A stretch of DNA of 64,000 nt from Dinghuibacter silviterrae (GTDB lineage Bacteria > Bacteroidota > Bacteroidia > Chitinophagales > Chitinophagaceae), in NCBI RefSeq assembly GCF_004366355.1, contig NZ_SODV01000002.1, positions 410,768 through 474,767 of the forward strand. The letters run 5' to 3'. Shown piece after piece: positions 60,124 through 64,000 of the stretch. The stretch's first letter is position 1. Each line of letters starts with the position of its first letter. The notes under the pieces were generated by a model. The model ran no database searches and was not told the DNA's origin. It worked only from the letters and a program-made list of their open reading frames with translations. The position numbers were made by a program, and so were the translations under genes.

Positions 60124-60172
60124 ATGTTTCGGCGAAAGGTTATATTATTAATATAACCTTTCGCCGAAACAT
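60124..60172. repeat. perfect 49-bp palindrome (24-bp arms)
   Basis: atgtttcggcgaaaggttatatta-t-taatataacctttcgccgaaacat. Lies between the exonuclease gene and tex. Confidence 0.9.
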
Positions 60173-60217
60173 ACGAGACAACTTTTTTCTTTCATTTCCG
60201 GTTTTTACTTTCGCGCC

Positions 60218-62632
60218 ATGGTACAGTTTGCCCAGGATGTAGCCGCTCGGCTCCAGATACGCATACAACAGGTCGAGGCGACCCTGACCCTTTTCGAAGA
60301 AGGCGCCACCATCCCCTTTATCGCCCGTTACCGCAAGGACCGGACGGGGGCGTTGGACGAGGTACAGATCCAGCAGATCCAGGACACGGCGAAGTTCCTC
60401 CAGGAATTTTCGGAACGGAAAACGTTTATCGAAAAGACCATCACGGAACAGGGCAAGATGACGGACGACCTTCAGCTTAAGATCAATGCGTCCACGACCC
60501 TGGCGGAACTGGAAGACATCTACCTGCCCTACAAACCCAAGCGCAAGACCCGCGCCCAGACCGCCCGGGAGAACGGCCTTGAACCGCTGGCGATGCAACT
60601 GCTGGAGCAAAAACCGATGGACGTTTCCGCTTCCGCGGCCGGTTTTATCAACGAGAAGGTCGCCTCCGCGGACGACGCACTCCAGGGTGCCCGGGACATC
60701 ATCGCGGAGATGATCAACGAGGATGCAACGGTTCGGGGCAAGATGCGCAGTTTATTTGAGCGCAAGGCCACGCTCCAAAGCAAGGTCGTGCCGGACAAAG
60801 AGCAGGAAGCCATCAAATACAAGGACTATTTCGACTACCAGGAACCGGTGTCGGACGTCCCCAGCCACCGCATCCTGGCGGTGCTGAGGGGTTTCCTGGA
60901 AGGCTTTCTCCGGGTGGCCATCGGGCCCGAGGAAGAACTGGCCCTTCAGCAGATCGAAGACCAATATGTAAAGTCTTCCGGGGAGGCGGGCGAACAAGTC
61001 AAAAAAGCCGTCAAGGAATCCTATCGTCGCCTTCTGCAACCCAGCCTGGAAAGCGAACTCCGGACGTTGCTAAAGACAAAGGGGGACGAAGACGCCATTG
61101 CCGTGTTTGCTGAAAACCTGCGCCAACTGTTGCTGGGCAGCCCGCTGGGGAGCAAACGCGTCCTGGCCATAGACCCGGGGTATCGCACGGGTTGTAAAGT
61201 GGTTTGCCTGGATGAAAAGGGCGACCTGTTGATCAACGACCTTATTTATGTACACGAAGCCAACCGGGCGGAGGCGTCGGCGGGCAAGCTGCGTCACCTG
61301 GTCAGTCATTACAAGATAGAAGCATTTGCCATCGGGGACGGAACCGCGGGCCGCGAGACGGAACAGTTCGTCAAACGGCTGGAACTGGGGCTCCCGGTTT
61401 TCCTTGTCAATGAGGACGGCGCGTCGGTGTACAGCGCATCAGAAACCGCCCGCCAGGAATTCCCGGAACAGGACATCACGGTCCGGGGCGCGGTGAGCAT
61501 CGGGCGCCGCCTGATGGATCCGCTGGCCGAGCTGGTCAAGATCGATCCGAAGTCCATCGGGGTGGGGCAGTACCAGCACGACGTCAACCAGGTCCGGCTC
61601 AAGGAGCGCTTGGACCAGACCGTGGTGTCCTGCGTGAACCAGGTCGGGGTCAACCTGAACACCGCTTCCAAACACCTGTTGAGCTATGTGAGCGGTATCG
61701 GCCCCTCGCTGGCGGAAAACATCGTCCGCTACCGGAGCGAGGTGGGCAAATTCGGCGGCCGCCGCGAGCTGCTCAAGGTTCCCCGTCTGGGTGAAAAAGC
61801 ATTCGAGCAATGCGCGGGCTTCCTCCGTGTCAAGGAAAGCGACAACCCTCTGGATAAAAGCGCGGTCCACCCGGAAGCCTACGCCCTCGTAGAGGAAATG
61901 GCGCGCGACCTCGGCACCACGGTCTCGGACCTCGTCGGTAACGACACCCTGATCGGGAAGATACCGGTCAAAAAATATGTCACCGCCTCCTTTGGCGAGC
62001 ACACCGTAAAGGACATCTTAGGTGAACTGAAAAAGCCCGGGCTCGACCCGCGGAGCGAGGCCACCCAGTTTGAATTCGCCCAGATCTATTCTATTGAAGA
62101 AGTCCAGGCGGGGATGATCCTCCCCGGTATTGTAACCAATATTACCCGTTTTGGCGCCTTTGTGGATATTGGCGTGAAGCAGGACGGGCTGGTGCACGTC
62201 TCCGAGGTCGCGCATAAGTATGTCGAGGACCCTTCTACTGTGCTGAAGCTGAACCAGCAGGTCCAGGTGAAGGTGCTGGAGGTGGATACGGTGCGCAAGC
62301 GCATCTCTCTGTCGATCAAGCAGGCGGATCCTGAGGGGGCGGCGGCGGCCCGCGGCGGGCGCGACCAGCGCCGCGGCGGCCAGCGGGGCGAGCATGGCGC
62401 CGGGCGTGGCGGTGATCACGGTGGATCGCATCGCGACGGCGGTGGCCGCGGCGGTGATCATGGCGGATCACACCGCGGCGGCGAACACGGAAGCGATCAG
62501 CGCGGAAATCACGGCGGCGGTCGCGGCGGTGATCATCGCGGCAACCGCGGCGACGCGCACGGCGGCCCCGGAAAGGAATCCGAGTCCATGGAGGACGCGC
62601 TGGCGCAGCTCAAGAAGAAGTTCGGAAAATAA
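60218..62632 (+). CDS. tex: Tex-like RNA-binding transcription accessory protein with a C-terminal Gly/Arg/His/Asp-rich repeat tail
   Basis: HhH, YqgF-like and S1 domains (GMILPGIVTNITRFGAFVDIGVKQDGLVHVSE). Then (GGDHGGSHR)-type repeats. Confidence 0.88.
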   Translation: MVQFAQDVAARLQIRIQQVEATLTLFEEGATIPFIARYRKDRTGALDEVQIQQIQDTAKFLQEFSERKTFIEKTITEQGKMTDDLQLKINASTTLAELEDIYLPYKPKRKTRAQTARENGLEPLAMQLLEQKPMDVSASAAGFINEKVASADDALQGARDIIAEMINEDATVRGKMRSLFERKATLQSKVVPDKEQEAIKYKDYFDYQEPVSDVPSHRILAVLRGFLEGFLRVAIGPEEELALQQIEDQYVKSSGEAGEQVKKAVKESYRRLLQPSLESELRTLLKTKGDEDAIAVFAENLRQLLLGSPLGSKRVLAIDPGYRTGCKVVCLDEKGDLLINDLIYVHEANRAEASAGKLRHLVSHYKIEAFAIGDGTAGRETEQFVKRLELGLPVFLVNEDGASVYSASETARQEFPEQDITVRGAVSIGRRLMDPLAELVKIDPKSIGVGQYQHDVNQVRLKERLDQTVVSCVNQVGVNLNTASKHLLSYVSGIGPSLAENIVRYRSEVGKFGGRRELLKVPRLGEKAFEQCAGFLRVKESDNPLDKSAVHPEAYALVEEMARDLGTTVSDLVGNDTLIGKIPVKKYVTASFGEHTVKDILGELKKPGLDPRSEATQFEFAQIYSIEEVQAGMILPGIVTNITRFGAFVDIGVKQDGLVHVSEVAHKYVEDPSTVLKLNQQVQVKVLEVDTVRKRISLSIKQADPEGAAAARGGRDQRRGGQRGEHGAGRGGDHGGSHRDGGGRGGDHGGSHRGGEHGSDQRGNHGGGRGGDHRGNRGDAHGGPGKESESMEDALAQLKKKFGK

Positions 62633-62684
62633 AGTTCGCGGGTCGCGGCGCCCGCTACGTCGCTGCTGAACCCGCTGCGGCGCC

Positions 62685-63323
62685 CTACAGCAGCCCCCGC
62701 ACCCGCGCCACAAACTCGCTGCGCGGTATCATCTGCGCCCCCAGGCTCTCCAGGTAGGCCGTATACACCTGGCAGTCGATGAGCTCGACGCCTTCGGCGC
62801 GGAGTTGTTCCACGTAGGAGATAAAGGCGAACTTGGAGGCGTTGCTGACGTGGCTGAACATGCTTTCCCCAAAAAATACCCGCCCCAGGCGGATGCCGTA
62901 CAGGCCACCGACAAGGACACCGTCCTGCCAGGTTTCGGCGCTGTGTGCATAACCGAGGCGGTGGAGTTCGGTATAGGCCCTTTCCACTTCGTCGGTGATC
63001 CAGGTACCGGCCTGACCTTTGCGGGGTGTTTGTTTGCAGGCGCGTATGACGGCAGGGAAGTTTTGATTGGTGGCGTAAGTAAACACGCCTTTGCGGAAGA
63101 GCCCCTTCATACTCTTGGACACCTTTAGGGCGGGGGGATACAGGACAAAGCGCGGATCGGGGCACCACCAGAGAGGGGTGTCGCCTTCGTACCAGGGGAA
63201 GATCCCTTCCCGGTAAGCCATCAATAAACGTTGGGTAGAAAGATCCCCACCTATGGCCAAAAGACCGTCGGGCTCTGCCCGGTCGACGGGGGGGAAGGAC
63301 AGCGTATGATCAAGCGCAAACAG
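62685..63323 (-). CDS. aat: leucyl/phenylalanyl-tRNA--protein transferase
   Basis: GIFPWYEGDTPLWWCPDPRFVLYP...SMFS shows the L/F-transferase signature. Confidence 0.85.
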   Translation of the reverse strand: MFALDHTLSFPPVDRAEPDGLLAIGGDLSTQRLLMAYREGIFPWYEGDTPLWWCPDPRFVLYPPALKVSKSMKGLFRKGVFTYATNQNFPAVIRACKQTPRKGQAGTWITDEVERAYTELHRLGYAHSAETWQDGVLVGGLYGIRLGRVFFGESMFSHVSNASKFAFISYVEQLRAEGVELIDCQVYTAYLESLGAQMIPRSEFVARVRGLL

Positions 63324-63325
63324 CA

Positions 63326-63619
63326 TTAGCTCCGGACGGCGGCTTCGATGGTGGCGCCGATGCCGCGGTCGGTGATGGCGGTACATTGAGGCTCCAGGTC
63401 ATCGTAGGAGCCGTTTTTGACGGCGTATTTACCCCGGTGGTGGATGAGCAGGGCGCATTGCTCGGCTTGTTCGTAGCTGTGTCCGCATACTTCCACCAGG
63501 GTTTCTATGACCCAGTCGAAAGAATTGACCTCGTCATTCCAGACGATGAGGCTCCAGGGCTGTTCATCCAGTATGTCCGTTTCGAGGTCTTCCGATTCCC
63601 AGGGGCGGGTTGCAGGCAT
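63326..63619 (-). CDS. clpS: ATP-dependent Clp protease adaptor ClpS
   Basis: WSLIVWNDEVNSFDWVIETL...AEQCALLIHHRGKYAV is the ClpS core. Confidence 0.85.
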   Translation of the reverse strand: MPATRPWESEDLETDILDEQPWSLIVWNDEVNSFDWVIETLVEVCGHSYEQAEQCALLIHHRGKYAVKNGSYDDLEPQCTAITDRGIGATIEAAVRS

Positions 63620-63676
63620 AGGGTGAAAGAAATTGGTCTGCGGCAAATTTACACTATTCCCTTAAATTACAGGCCT

Positions 63677-64000
63677 ATGATGCACCCGTTATCTCTAGCG
63701 ATGAGTCTGACGTTGCCCCTGAAGGACCCCGTGCCCATCTTTTCCCTGGTGCTGTTTATCGTTCTCCTGGCACCGATCGTCCTGAGGAAGTTCCGCATAC
63801 CCAGCATCATAGGATTGATCCTCGCGGGTGTAGCCATCGGCGACCATGGTTTTGACCTGATCGAAAAGGGATCGATCGACCTTTTTGGCCGGGCGGGTTT
63901 GTTGTACATCATGTTCCTGGCGGGGCTGGAGCTGGACATGAACGAATTCAAAAAGAACCGGTACCGGAGCGGAATATTCGGACTGCTGACGTTTTGTATT
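63677..64000 (+). CDS. cation:proton antiporter (CPA1-type Na+/H+ exchanger), N-terminal fragment; continues past the window end
   Basis: Not in the supplied ORF table because there is no in-window stop. Translates as MMHPLSLAMSLTLPLKDPVPIFSLVLFIVLLAPIVLRKFRIPSIIGLILAGVAIGDHGFDL..., a typical Kef/NhaP-type N-terminus. Confidence 0.6.
   Translation, partial: MMHPLSLAMSLTLPLKDPVPIFSLVLFIVLLAPIVLRKFRIPSIIGLILAGVAIGDHGFDLIEKGSIDLFGRAGLLYIMFLAGLELDMNEFKKNRYRSGIFGLLTFCI

Overview
High-GC (~60%) Bacteroidota-type chromosomal segment. Genes are called by recognising conserved motifs in the supplied six-frame translations; no similarity search was run. The window is densely packed with housekeeping genes on both strands: an RND pump C-terminus, accA, dapA, rnz, clpC, cmk, ispH, a GH13 alpha-amylase, a TlpA-like redoxin, htrA, ddl, dapB, parA/parB, lon, a PorQ-like T9SS barrel, pdxJ, ahcY, valS, an MscS-family channel, tex, and a clpS-aat N-end-rule pair. 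Many long ORFs antisense to these genes are GC-driven shadow frames and were rejected. Accessory-looking content: (i) an ECF sigma / FecR anti-sigma / STN-SusC / SusD trans-envelope signalling locus with no enzyme genes, preceded by three tandem 29-bp palindromic repeats; (ii) directly downstream, a two-gene module of a 65-aa ORF plus a 160-aa protein with an H-G-C / G-x-G-V-Y-F / Q-or-E motif series suggesting an ADP-ribosyltransferase-like (DUF3990-like) fold, followed by two tandem paralogous small secreted low-complexity proteins; (iii) a 73-nt circularly permuted tRNA-like element (T-arm plus 3' acceptor placed upstream of 5' acceptor, D-arm and anticodon arm) embedded in a ~500-bp, ~70% GC non-coding block between an SPFH/Fic gene pair and a YkuK-like gene; (iv) a ~730-bp AT-rich islet carrying a small HAD-like phosphatase; (v) several very long perfect palindromes (25-bp and 24-bp arms) and a G5/C5 hairpin cluster in intergenic DNA; (vi) a 933-aa exported protein combining an HExxH motif, beta-propeller-like repeats and a C-terminal barrel-like region. 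No rRNA, canonical tRNA, CRISPR array, transposase or integrase was seen.
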